The position numbers were made by a program, and so were the translations under genes. Of a DNA stretch of 64,000 nucleotides, positions 46,018 to 55,900 are shown one piece after another; positions within the stretch are counted from its first letter, which is position 1; each line of letters begins with the position of its first letter. This DNA comes from a virus: the IMG/VR virus record IMGVR_UViG_3300010397_000005, positions 1 through 64,000 of that record, one strand, 5' to 3'. Under the pieces are notes generated by a model. The model was given only the letters and a program-made list of their open reading frames with translations. It ran no database searches and was not told the origin of the DNA.

Positions 46018-46283
46018 CTAGTCATCCCGCTACCCGGTAGTCCGTCTTCCATGTCTGTCGTAATCATTGAAGACATAACACTTACTTCTGGTAGCGGCTG
46101 CACACTGACCGTATGGTTCAGTATTGTGCGAATCCACTCAGACAGGGTCTGGTTTGCGTATTTGGCGGCAGTCTCCCATCTTCTTTTCTCGGCAGGGTTA
46201 ACGCGCAGTACGATCATGGCATGACGAGCGCAACCTGTCGGGAGTTGTGGGCGTCCTCGACTATGTGAATAGATGGAAGTCAT
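45987..46283 (-). CDS. RHH/MobC-like DNA-binding protein
   Basis: RGRP...IVLRVNPAEK..WE.AA....TLSEWIR..LN. Confidence 0.6.
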   Translation of the reverse strand: MTSIYSHSRGRPQLPTGCARHAMIVLRVNPAEKRRWETAAKYANQTLSEWIRTILNHTVSVQPLPEVSVMSSMITTDMEDGLPGSGMTRWLKQRGLSK

Positions 46284-46525
46284 AAGTATGGCCCACCCCA
46301 CTCTCTCAACTTCCCTCGATCCCTCGTTCTCCAGTAATCCTCCAAGTTCACCCCGCCACTCACGGGCCAGTCGAAGCGCACCCACGCAGGTACAGGCGGC
46401 AGTGAATCAGGTAAGCGCGCATCCTCCCATGCCACGAGCTGGCGAATGATCGGCGCAGCAGGGAGCTTGTAGTGGGCTTCTACGGTGTAGAGCAGGCGTA
46501 GTTCACGGGTAAGTCTGGTGCTCAT
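46280..46525 (-). CDS. Hypothetical protein
   Basis: ATGA overlaps on both sides. Confidence 0.5.
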   Translation of the reverse strand: MSTRLTRELRLLYTVEAHYKLPAAPIIRQLVAWEDARLPDSLPPVPAWVRFDWPVSGGVNLEDYWRTRDRGKLREWGGPYL

Positions 46526-46992
46526 AGCTTGAACCTACTTCTCGCATCATCCTCATACCGGATCTCATCCACTGCCTCGGCCCTGCCCCACCCTGCGTAC
46601 AGGCGATTTGGAAAGTTCAACACAACTGCATTCCATAACCCGACGTTCTGATAAGCATGAACCACTCCCGGCGGCACTAGTACTGAGACTGGATTCGCCT
46701 CACCGACTTCGAGAACGATCTCCTCCCTTGATGATCGATTGTCCCAGAGGCGGAGCTTGAACTGTCCGCACAAAAAGACGAAGAAATCCGATTGCTCGCG
46801 ATGCTCGTGCGGGCCACGGATGACGCCGGGGCGGGTGAGGGAGATATAGGCCATTACGGGATTAAACGAAAACATCCCTAAACCTATATAAAAATCATCC
46901 TCCCTCCACGCTTCGCTCAGCCAGCCGCGCGGGTCCGAGTGACGGGTGAGCGGCGTGATGACAACGCCTGCGATTTTGTTCTCAGTGGTCAT
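46522..46992 (-). CDS. rmlC: dTDP-4-dehydrorhamnose 3,5-epimerase family cupin
   Basis: H.DPRGWLSE, S.T.PGVIRGPHEH..Q.D, WDNR.S, VLVPPGVVHAYQN. Confidence 0.82.
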   Translation of the reverse strand: MTTENKIAGVVITPLTRHSDPRGWLSEAWREDDFYIGLGMFSFNPVMAYISLTRPGVIRGPHEHREQSDFFVFLCGQFKLRLWDNRSSREEIVLEVGEANPVSVLVPPGVVHAYQNVGLWNAVVLNFPNRLYAGWGRAEAVDEIRYEDDARSRFKL

Positions 46993-47209
46993 TTGGATTC
47001 GTCACAATCTCATTCGTCCCACCCAACTGGCAGGCCCAGCAAATCCCCTGCTCGTCACAGCGTTCCACGTGCTCCTCGATCGCCTGTCCCACCAACCCTG
47101 TTCCCGGACAATGATTCTCCTCGATGTCGAAGACAGCGTCGTAGTCGGAGCTGTCCGGCACTTCGACCGGGATAGTGAAAGTGCAGCGGACGTGGACGGT
47201 GCGACTCAT
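46982..47209 (-). CDS. Hypothetical protein
   Basis: Operon packing. Confidence 0.55.
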   Translation of the reverse strand: MSRTVHVRCTFTIPVEVPDSSDYDAVFDIEENHCPGTGLVGQAIEEHVERCDEQGICWACQLGGTNEIVTNPNDH

Positions 47210-47211
47210 CG

Positions 47212-47403
47212 CTACTCAATTCTCCGCAGCGCTTTCATTAACGGCTGCAAATCCTCAATCGTCAACGGATTCTCTTTTGAGCCGCGGCCTGTGCGTAGTG
47301 CTCGATACAGATCGCGCGAGTAAACGCGGTAGCGCAAGCGCCAGAAGACGCGACGGACCAGTGTCGGCAAGTTGTGCAGCTTGACTTTTGGGCTCTCCGC
47401 CAT
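47212..47403 (-). CDS. Hypothetical protein
   Basis: AGGAG SD. Confidence 0.55.
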   Translation of the reverse strand: MAESPKVKLHNLPTLVRRVFWRLRYRVYSRDLYRALRTGRGSKENPLTIEDLQPLMKALRRIE

Positions 47404-47458
47404 TGACTCCTAACAATATCTTGTGCGATGATGGATGTCAAGGAGGAAGTGGTAATCA

Positions 47459-47698
47459 ATGTCCGATTTTCCCGAGAAGTGCGGCGCACGCCATCCGAAA
47501 TACGAGAACGTCGGACCATGCCAGATTTACGTCGATGAACAGGGGCATACGCCAACGCTTATTCCACATCGCGGCATCGCTGAAGGAGTGGTAGAAGTCG
47601 GGTTTGATTGCGTAAAGAAACGGCCCATCTTTGAATATCGCCGCTGGTGGCGCGAGTGGTATGATGAGCCGCGTGCTGATTGGACCGTAGTCCGTTAG
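47459..47698 (+). CDS. Hypothetical protein
   Basis: AAGGAGG upstream; divergent single gene. Confidence 0.5.
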   Translation: MSDFPEKCGARHPKYENVGPCQIYVDEQGHTPTLIPHRGIAEGVVEVGFDCVKKRPIFEYRRWWREWYDEPRADWTVVR

Positions 47699-47701
47699 TG
47701 A

Positions 47702-48484
47702 TTATCTCCGTGGGATGTACTTACCACTTAACTCGATAGCTCTTGCTAGTAAACTAAATCCAGTTTGACCATCGCCGAAGTAGTAAGTACTCCAGTTCTC
47801 GGGTGTCATTTCCATATATGGTTTGGCCCGCAGTGCCGTCATTCCGAGACTCCATCGTTCCTCGCTTGATAGATCGTAATAAGCATCCCAATCAGCTTCT
47901 CCGTCCTCGTCCACTTTGTCCGGCTTCCAATCTGATACTCCGGCGTTCGGAAAGCTATCGCAGACGCTATAGCTTGTTACGACTGGCTCGTCGTCACGTT
48001 CGCGTAAGTGTTCAATTGCAGATTCCCAGCCAGAGTCAGATCGGAGGATTCCCGATTTGCGGCCTTGTTCGATAATCCCAGCCAGCCAGTTGCGATTTTT
48101 ACCTTCGATATAAGTGTGAATCTCACACTGACCGTGTAATCGTGCTGAGAGAATAATCGGATCAGATCCCATGACGATGGCAGTATTCAGCGTGGCGCTA
48201 AACACGTCGATCGGACTACCGCCAATTACCAGTATCGAGCTATCCATAGCGACGCGAAGGGCTGTTGACAAAGTATCGGCAAACTGTCTTCCAGTCTGTT
48301 TCGCAGCGTAGTGGGACGGGTCAAGGATACTTCTCAGAACATGCGGACGATCAGGCGGATAGTCGTAGTCTGATATACCCAGTGCCGAGAGAAACATATC
48401 GCTGATCAAGTGGCCCATGAAGGCACGTTCCGAGCCTCTGACTTCGGATTCGTGTGATGGTGAGTGGAAGTAAATACGTGACAT
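47702..48484 (-). CDS. Hypothetical protein
   Basis: GGGAG SD before MSRIYFH; about 260 aa. Confidence 0.65.
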   Translation of the reverse strand: MSRIYFHSPSHESEVRGSERAFMGHLISDMFLSALGISDYDYPPDRPHVLRSILDPSHYAAKQTGRQFADTLSTALRVAMDSSILVIGGSPIDVFSATLNTAIVMGSDPIILSARLHGQCEIHTYIEGKNRNWLAGIIEQGRKSGILRSDSGWESAIEHLRERDDEPVVTSYSVCDSFPNAGVSDWKPDKVDEDGEADWDAYYDLSSEERWSLGMTALRAKPYMEMTPENWSTYYFGDGQTGFSLLARAIELSGKYIPRR

Positions 48485-48568
48485 TTTGACTCTCCCTGCG
48501 GACGGATTATGAAGTAACAATATATTGTACACTCGTCGATTTTGTCAAGTGCTGTATACTGCGCGTTG

Positions 48569-49906
48569 ATGAGCGACGATCTCAACCTCCCCCCATCCCT
48601 CCGTCTCAAGCACCTCTGGCCCATCGAGGACAAGCTGGAGGACGCGCGGCGACAACTAGCGAAGTCGGGCGGATTAGGCAACGTTATCGTCGATCTCCCC
48701 AGTCCTCATGCCAAGCAGGAATTGTTCATCGATAGCCAAGCCAAGCGCATCATCGTCCGCGCAGGTCGTCGTGGCGGGAAGACTGTTGGGATTGCGATTC
48801 GTGCGGTGCGCAAGTTCCTCGCCGGAAAACGCGTGCTCTACGCCGCGCCGACACAAGAGCAGATCGATCGTTTCTGGGTGACGGTTACGCGGGCGCTGGC
48901 CGATCCAATTGAGAAAGGCAAGATTCACAAAAACGAAACTCGCCACACGCTGGAGATCCTCGGTTCTGAGCGTCGTATTCGTGCTAAAACCGCTTGGAAT
49001 GCCGACTCCCTGCGCGGCGACTACGCCGACGAGCTAATCCTCGACGAGTGGCAACTGATGAACGAGGACGCGTGGGGCGTGGTTGGTGCGCCTATGCTGC
49101 TCGACAACAACGGCGACGCAGTCTTCATCTATACGCCGCCCAGTCTTAAATCGCGCAGCGTGAGTAAGGCAACCGATCCGCAGCACGCCGCCAAGATGTA
49201 CCGCCGCGCGCAGATGGACAAATCAGGACGCTGGGAATCGTTCCACTTCTCATCCTTCGACAACCCGCACATTCCCGCCGAGGCTGTTAGCGAGCTGGCG
49301 GAAGACATGAGCGCTCTGGCCTATCGCATGGAGATTATGGCCGAGGACATCGACGAAGCGCCGGGAGCGCTCTGGACGCGCGGGTTGATTGAGAAACAGC
49401 GACTGAAATCAGACGTGAGCGACGATATGGAACGAATCGTCGTGGCGATAGATCCATCTGCTACCAGTACTGGAGACGAGGCTGGGGTCGTTACAGTTGG
49501 ACGAGTAAAGAAGAACGGTTACGTACTATCCGATGACAGCGTGCAGGGCTCGCCGAAAACATGGGCCACCGCCGCGGTTAACGCCTATCACGCGTGGAAG
49601 GCTGACTGCATTGTTGCCGAGTCTAATAACGGCGGCGAGATGGTGGCGCTGACGGTGGCGACGGTTGATCCGAACATCAAGGTCAAACTGGTCCATGCGT
49701 CCCGCGGTAAACAAACGAGAGCCGAACCCATTGCTTCGCTGTACGAGCACGCGCGGATCTGGCACGCAGGAAACTTCCCGTTACTGGAAGATGAAATGTG
49801 TCTCTGGCAACCGGGTGCAGGGAATAGTCCAAATCGGTTAGATGCGCTGGTGTGGGGGTTGACTGAAGTAATGCTGAACGAAAAGAGGAAGGTGCTCTAT
49901 GCGTAG
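48569..49906 (+). CDS. terL: Terminase large subunit
   Basis: PHAKQ, AGRRGGKT Walker A, LILDE Walker B, VVAIDPS, IVAESNNGG, SPNRLDALVW; ATG 8 nt after TATACT. Confidence 0.93.
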   Translation: MSDDLNLPPSLRLKHLWPIEDKLEDARRQLAKSGGLGNVIVDLPSPHAKQELFIDSQAKRIIVRAGRRGGKTVGIAIRAVRKFLAGKRVLYAAPTQEQIDRFWVTVTRALADPIEKGKIHKNETRHTLEILGSERRIRAKTAWNADSLRGDYADELILDEWQLMNEDAWGVVGAPMLLDNNGDAVFIYTPPSLKSRSVSKATDPQHAAKMYRRAQMDKSGRWESFHFSSFDNPHIPAEAVSELAEDMSALAYRMEIMAEDIDEAPGALWTRGLIEKQRLKSDVSDDMERIVVAIDPSATSTGDEAGVVTVGRVKKNGYVLSDDSVQGSPKTWATAAVNAYHAWKADCIVAESNNGGEMVALTVATVDPNIKVKLVHASRGKQTRAEPIASLYEHARIWHAGNFPLLEDEMCLWQPGAGNSPNRLDALVWGLTEVMLNEKRKVLYA

Positions 49907-49952
49907 CTCGCACGGAGCCAATATCAGACCGCGGCGGGTGTTGTATGCTTAA
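49899..49952 (+). CDS. 17-aa micro-ORF MRSSHGANIRPRRVLYA overlapping the TerL stop
   Basis: ATG overlaps the last TerL codons; GAGG/AAGG upstream; ends like TerL (RKVLYA). Confidence 0.4.
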   Translation: MRSSHGANIRPRRVLYA

Positions 49953-50055
49953 AAGGCTGAGCTAGATCGTCTTATCGACAAATCTACCCAGCCTTGCGGA
50001 AAGAGCGCCGGGCCTCCAACTCGCGGGGCGCTCGTTCGAGTCGAACTTAGCTTAC

Positions 50056-50262
50056 TCATTTTGAGGGATGATGGCAATGACGTTTCCAGTGCTTATTGTC
50101 GTGCGGTTGTCGTGGATCTGCGCGTAGTTTCTTTTTACGTCCACCGACTACGACGGTGGCATTCTTAGCTTGCTCGGCAGTAATCACACCACCTGCTTTT
50201 AATGCCTCGACGACAGCTTTACCGAATTGTTCAGCCTGTTTCTTAGTTGTACATTTTCCCAT
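50056..50262 (-). CDS. Basic hypothetical protein
   Basis: GAGG SD; followed by a GAGCGCC/GGCGCTC hairpin on the minus strand. Confidence 0.55.
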   Translation of the reverse strand: MGKCTTKKQAEQFGKAVVEALKAGGVITAEQAKNATVVVGGRKKKLRADPRQPHDNKHWKRHCHHPSK

Positions 50263-50402
50263 CGAATTAAACCCTCAGTGCGGTGGGGAGGTGTTTGACC
50301 GTGATACTATAACGGCTTACCCTTTCGCGGCCTTGTCCTCCTACCGTGTGCCACCGCACTCAAGGTTCAATTCCATGTTTTGTCGTAAGAGTGGCAAGAG
50401 CA

Positions 50403-50747
50403 TCAGTTACGTACCGGAACGACATTTCCTACCGCGGTTTTACTCTCAACACCTGTGAGCCGAACCGTTACGTCGCGACCCCTGCCACACTGGTTCGGAC
50501 ATGGCCCCTTAATGGACAATGGTCCAATTTTAGCAACGATAAGACGCATCTCCTGACAAACCTCGCAACGCCGTTTGGTTGGATAAGAAGTCTCTTTGTT
50601 TACCGAGATTGATAGCAAACCAGCCATAGTGTTCACTTTCCCAACCGGAGCCAACCCACCGCGTCCCTCGCACAGCAGGCCAGCTCCGGTCGCCATACAG
50701 GAAAACCACTCCACGGGGAGTGATTGAGAGCGATAATAGCACGACAC
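50403..50747 (-). CDS. Hypothetical protein
   Basis: CEVC...CPNQC; start uncertain. Confidence 0.4.
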   Translation of the reverse strand: MSCYYRSQSLPVEWFSCMATGAGLLCEGRGGLAPVGKVNTMAGLLSISVNKETSYPTKRRCEVCQEMRLIVAKIGPLSIKGPCPNQCGRGRDVTVRLTGVESKTAVGNVVPVRN

Positions 50748-51575
50748 TTACTTGCCCTCGTCTCGCTTCTCAGCAATTACCGTATTCTTCTTTCGGTTCG
50801 TTTCCACTGATTTTAGGGGTGCGAATTTCCAGCATTTACCGCATTGCCGAGGCTGCTCTACTCGTGGAATAAAGCGATGACCGCAGTGCCTGCACGTGGC
50901 GTAAACCAATTTAACCATAGGAGAAGAATCTATATCCTCTGTAGTATTTAGCGTATCAATTTGTACAATATCTTGCAAGTCCTTTCTTGTCGCTCGTATC
51001 GAGCGTCGCTTTTTAGTTGTACGCTTGGAGCGATGTAGACCAATTGTCGAGTCTTTCTCGAGATAGTTGATCACTTTACGAAGTACGTCTGGATCGTCGT
51101 TAAACTTTCCTATTGAGGTGTTACAGTGAACACATAACAAGCCGCGAACGTGTCCGGTTTTTGGGTTATGATCTACTGCTAAAGGGCGACTTTTCTGAGG
51201 CTTTCCGCAAATAGCACAGCCGCCACCTTGCGCGACTCGTAATTGCTCATATTCAGCGTCGGTGATTCCGTATTCATGCCAGCGCCGTCCCATCGACTTT
51301 GACTGAGCGGTTCGGACGGGAGAGCAGGCAATGCAGACAAACCGTGATCTTCCGTTACCGTTACCGCGAGGTTTACGACACCTGTCGCAGAGATTCGCTG
51401 CCCTATTTCGTATTCGAGCGCGCTTCGCTGACGCGATGGTCTTGTTTGCGTGATTGCGGCAGAGTGTCCGTGTGCCATCTTCTCCGCGAGGCTTCCCACA
51501 CCGTAGGCATAAACCCAGTATTACGCGCTGTCTTTGAGCTGGGGATGGTCCCCTAGTTTTTCCCTCTATTGACAT
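50748..51575 (-). CDS. Endonuclease VII-domain protein with Zn fingers
   Basis: YGIT..EY..L...Q.G.CAICG...LAVDH...TG.VRGLLC..CN..IG.F.DD. Confidence 0.85.
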   Translation of the reverse strand: MSIEGKTRGPSPAQRQRVILGLCLRCGKPRGEDGTRTLCRNHANKTIASAKRARIRNRAANLCDRCRKPRGNGNGRSRFVCIACSPVRTAQSKSMGRRWHEYGITDAEYEQLRVAQGGGCAICGKPQKSRPLAVDHNPKTGHVRGLLCVHCNTSIGKFNDDPDVLRKVINYLEKDSTIGLHRSKRTTKKRRSIRATRKDLQDIVQIDTLNTTEDIDSSPMVKLVYATCRHCGHRFIPRVEQPRQCGKCWKFAPLKSVETNRKKNTVIAEKRDEGK

Positions 51576-51598
51576 TTGTTTCTTAGGTAGACTATACT
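51569..51598 (+). promoter_or_regulatory. Promoter of the leaderless XRE gene
   Basis: TTGACA(51569-74)-18-TATACT(51593-98), ATG 7 nt later. Confidence 0.65.
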
Positions 51599-51605
51599 AC
51601 ATTCT

Positions 51606-51806
51606 ATGAAACTCGGAAAGATAATTCGCAGGTATCGTGTAACCAGCGAACTAACCCTGCGTGATGTCGGTAAGGAGATTGGCATCGGTGCGGCGACATT
51701 GATGCGCTTGGAGCAGGGACGGGAGCCGGACGGGATTACGCTGGCGAAAGTGTTGGGCTGGCTGATGTCGCCGGAGGCGAACGGCACGCGGAAGGAGCGT
51801 AAATGA
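51606..51806 (+). CDS. XRE/Cro-like HTH regulator
   Basis: LGKIIRRYR...LTLRDVGKEIGIGAATLMRLEQGREP. Confidence 0.85.
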   Translation: MKLGKIIRRYRVTSELTLRDVGKEIGIGAATLMRLEQGREPDGITLAKVLGWLMSPEANGTRKERK

Positions 51807-52030
51807 GTGAGAGGCCGACTGTATCTCTTAAGCAAGGTGTTAGCTGTATAGGCGTGCTGCTGGCTTTGCTTATACACACACCACTATGGTACTGGCTGGT
51901 TTATCAGATTCTTGTGAGAATCGACGCTACTCCGACAATGTGGGTCTTCTACTGGATCTATCTTCCGGTGGGGCTAGTACTGGCGTTTATTCGCGTTATC
52001 ACGGATGGTTTACTTGCAGAAAAGAAGTGA
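51803..52030 (+). CDS. Two-TM membrane protein
   Basis: ATGA overlap, AAGGAG SD. Confidence 0.6.
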   Translation: MSERPTVSLKQGVSCIGVLLALLIHTPLWYWLVYQILVRIDATPTMWVFYWIYLPVGLVLAFIRVITDGLLAEKK

Positions 52031-52047
52031 CAACGGAGGCTCGAGCA

Positions 52048-52212
52048 ATGAGTGAACGGGACGACGACATGACGGGCGGAGAGGTGGGCTGTGCGTTAGT
52101 GATCGCGGTGTTTTTACTTGTTCTGATGATTGTGATTATTGACAAGAAGAATGTTAGCGAGATTCGCGACCTCCAGCGGAGAGTGTCGCAATTAGAGAGC
52201 GAGAGACGATGA
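52048..52212 (+). CDS. Single-TM plus coiled-coil microprotein
   Basis: GGAGG SD before MSERDD. Confidence 0.5.
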   Translation: MSERDDDMTGGEVGCALVIAVFLLVLMIVIIDKKNVSEIRDLQRRVSQLESERR

Positions 52213-52625
52213 TTTGTCGATGCAATTGCCATGCGGAACACTTTAGCCGAGCAACGTGCTCGCACTGCTACCCGCTTGTGCTGTTCTGTGGTTCGCGGTC
52301 GTGGGACAACCAGCGACTGGTAGATCGTCTTATGGTCCAACTGGGTAACTTGCTAAACTGGCGATTTCATGTAGTTCAGGGCGGGGCGCGCGGCGGTGAT
52401 GAGCAGGCGTGGCTGGCGGCAAAGAAGCTGAACGTTCCGGTGACAACCCTGAAAGCCGACTGGCGTAAGCACGGGAAGCGTGCCGGGTACTTGCGAAACA
52501 TCACCATGCTGGAAATGCAGCCGCAATACGTCGTGGCTTTGTGGGACGGCGTTAGTCGCGGCACGTTGCATACAATTGAGAAGGCTGTAGGGCTGTATCG
52601 GATACCGACGATGATTGTGGGGTAG
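52209..52625 (+). CDS. YspA/DUF2493 SLOG-family protein
   Basis: VLFCGSRSW, VVQGGARGGD, ADWRKHGKRAGYLRN..M, SRGT. Confidence 0.82.
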   Translation: MICRCNCHAEHFSRATCSHCYPLVLFCGSRSWDNQRLVDRLMVQLGNLLNWRFHVVQGGARGGDEQAWLAAKKLNVPVTTLKADWRKHGKRAGYLRNITMLEMQPQYVVALWDGVSRGTLHTIEKAVGLYRIPTMIVG

Positions 52626-52747
52626 CGATGACATGGAACTACGAGAACTATCAATCGGCTTCGCGCTGCTGGTCATCCTTGGCGTGATCGTTTACTGGTT
52701 ATCGAATTGACAACTTGAAATTACGTGGGGTCATTGAGGGCGGCACT

Positions 52748-52883
52748 TGCGGCGTACCTCAGCGGTAGAGGGGCTGACTAAGTATGAAACTGTAAGCAGA
52801 GACAACCAGGGCCAGCTCGTGAAACCTGTCAGCAACGCGAGCCAGCCCTAATCGTTCACTTCATGGGATTGAAGTCCGGCGCA
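52748..52883 (+). ncRNA. tRNA-like structured RNA candidate
   Basis: tRNA-type 5' half TGCGGCG-TA-CCTC-AGCGGTA-GAGG-G-GCTGA-CT; GCTGAC/GTCAGC stem; hairpin ACTTCA/TGAAGT; 3' CGGCGCA pairs 6/7 with the 5' end; no TTC T-loop. Confidence 0.4.
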
Positions 52884-52928
52884 TTATAACCTCAACTCAA
52901 CTTATAAATCCATGCTAAAGTCCGTCCG

Positions 52929-55900
52929 ATGGCCGCAGCGGTACGCACCAGTGCAGTAGGCGGATCGTCTTCCGGGACCGGGAATCGTAACGCGACGATT
53001 ACCCCGGCGTCCGGCGACCTGCTTGTGGTCTATTGCTGCGTCGCGGCCAATACCAATGACACTCCTACCTGCTCTGACGATAACGGCTCCGGCACTTACG
53101 ATCTGATCGAGACGATGAATTTCGCCATTTCTGGCGTGAACTATCGCATGAGCGTGTTCATCCGCACGGCGCTGATGGTTAATACGACTTCGACGGTAGT
53201 GACGGTGGCGACGGGAAGTAACAGTTCGGGCGCGGTCCACGTGCTCGCCATCACTGGAGTCACTCGCACTGGGGCCAACGCAGTTCGTTCCTCTGGCTCG
53301 CAGAACAACCAAGCCGCCGCTACTGCCGCGCCAACGCTTAATCAAGCGGCGCTCACTCTCAACCCCACTCTCGTCGCGCACGGCTCAGCCGACACGACCA
53401 CTACCCCGCCCACCAACTGGACTGAGATTCAGGACACGAACTTCGCCAATGACACCGTGGCGCTGGAGACGGCGTTTCGCGCATCCGGCTTCACGGGCAC
53501 GACGATTACTTTCGGCGCGGCGTCTTCGACTCAATTCTGTTCGCACGCAATGGAGCTGGATACGACAGTCCTGCTCAGTCAGTCAGCTTCGGACGATGTC
53601 AATAACCTCGCCGACGCGCGCGGGGTAGGCTATGGCAATCTCCATACCGACTCGTTCACGCTCTCGGACACGGCGCAGGTAGTGCTTGGCTACGTATTGA
53701 GTGCCAGCGATAACATAAACAATCTTGCGGACGGGACCGCACAAGTGGTCGGAATCATCACCTCGCTCGCCGACTCGCTGGCAACTCTCGCTGACGCTAA
53801 CGCGCGACTGCTCGGCTATCTCCTTGCTCTTGCTGATACGACCGCCGCGAACTGGGCGGACGCGCATCAGCTCTTACTCGCGCAACGCCTCGCCCTCGCC
53901 GACAACTCGTTCAACGCGGCGGATGCCGCAGTACTGCAACTTGACCAGCTTACCTTACTCGCTGACTCTTTCTCACTCGGCGATTCCGAATCTCACCTGC
54001 TCGCAATCACGCTCGACTTTTCCGATTCAATCGACAGCCTGGCTGACTCGGTTCGTTTTGAGCAGGGGTTGACCCTCGCGGACGCTGGCCCCTTCGTCGA
54101 ATCCGCGACTTCCACTCCCGCAAACGTCGTCTACCTCGATCCGGGCGGCGACGCTGTTCAGGCGACGGGTTATTTCAACGTTGCGGGCGGGTCAGGCACA
54201 CTCAACTTCGATTCTACCCGGCAAGTTGTGGGCATCGGTTCGTGGAAGTTCGACTCTGGTGGAGATAACAGTCTTACTCACGCGACGGTAAACGGCGTAT
54301 TGACTGATGGTCTGGGCAATAACAATCGGCGCATCAGTTTTTATTTTCGTTACGACTCAGTACCGGAAACGCTGACCACGATAGTACGAACACTGGAAGC
54401 GGCAGGTGGCCCGATTTTCTCGCTGGCGCTGCTTGATCGGGCCGGGGAAGTCGGGTTGAGGCTCACTACGGCGGTTGACTCCGTTGATAGCGTTGCGTCT
54501 CTTGCTCCGCATGAGTGGCACCGGATCAGCGTGGCCTATACCTTGCCCTCGGCTGATGATCTCTCGGTTAATGTATACTTTGATTCAATACTGGTCCTGA
54601 CACTTGCAAACGTCTCCACCGGTGGTTTATCTCCGGCCTCAAACTTTCGCTATGGCTGGATTGAACAGCCGGGCGCGGATCGGATCTGCTGGTTCGATCA
54701 AATCTACCTCGACGATGGCGGCGATCTAACCGATCCGGGCGACATCCGCAGCACCGCAAAACTCCCCGCCACCGTCAACGCTGACAACTTCGACACTACA
54801 GGCGGCACAGGCGCAGTCAACGAGCGTCCGGTAGACCTCACCAACTATCGCCAGCAAGCCGCCACCGCGCAAGTCCATCAAAACTACACGCTACAGACAG
54901 CCAGCGCCGGCGACGTGGATATTTCCAGTAAAACGATCGTCGGCTACATGGGTTGGGTGATCGCCAAGAAGTCCGGCTTCGGCGCTACGTTTGGCTTTAC
55001 CGTTAACGGTGTAACTACCGCAATTCAGCTTTCAACGACTCCTGCTTTTATAAAACTACCCGTTACCGACGCAGCCTACCCCAGTGACCCTGCCGGTATC
55101 GGAATGCGCAGCACTACGAGCAGCAACGACACTTTTCTCTATGAGTGCGGCGTCGTAGTAGCATTTCGGGAGACGCAGTCAGGACACGATGCAATCGCGC
55201 TGGGTTACGGCTTACTTACCAGCGACTCATTCGCCCTGACCGATGACTGCGTTACTCAACTGTACCAGCACCTCACCCTGTTCGATTCTCTCGACAACCT
55301 CGCCGACTCAATCATATTGCAACTCCACGAGGTCACAGGCGAGATCGTCCTCGAATTGGACGACGTGCTCGTGTTGGGCGACAGCGTAGACTTCCTGCTG
55401 GGTGAACTGGTCGAAGTCTCAAGCACGTTAATCCTGAGCGATAGCGTCACGGCCCAGTTAGACCACCTCGTCACATTCTCGGATTCGATCTTACCTGCCG
55501 ATAGCGAGTCCCATGTCCTCGGCTATGAGGAATCTGTCGTTGACGTGCTCTCGCTCACCGACGTGGAAGCCCACCTACTGGCCTACCTGCTCTCATTTAG
55601 TGAGACGGTCTCACTTGCAGATAGTCTCGCACTCAGCCCCGGACTGGCCTTGAGTGACAGCGTCGTCGCTTTCCTTGATGAAATCTCCCTGCAACTGGCC
55701 CACTTGTCCGGTTTCAGCGATTCGTTCTTACTTACCGACAGCGTCGTTATCGTCCTCGGTTACGAAGAGCGTGCGAGCGACGCCCTGTTGCTCGCTGATG
55801 CTGAGACGCGCCAAGTAGGCCAATTGCGCGCGTTTGCTGACTCGCTGGTCGTCACCGATGAAGTCGCACTTGGACTCGGGTTATTGCTCGCGGATAGTGT

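Noticed and set aside
49954-50054. tRNA-Trp-like string GGAAAGAGCGCCGGGCCTCCAA...GTTCGAGTC
   Set aside because: Anticodon and D stems do not form. The stronger GAGCGCC/GGCGCTC and AGGCTG/CAGCCT hairpins are better explained as terminators between convergent genes.
14349-50315. Shared ACCGTGATACTA(T)AACGG mini-hairpin at 14349 and 50298
   Set aside because: 12-mer matches are expected by chance in 64 kb, and there are only two copies in different contexts.
52770-52883. SAM-I riboswitch, hammerhead, pistol or tmRNA resemblance
   Set aside because: Only short fragments match (GAAACC..CAGCAAC; CTGA..GAAAC; AGCCCTAA; GGGGCTGA). Required core nucleotides and stems are missing.
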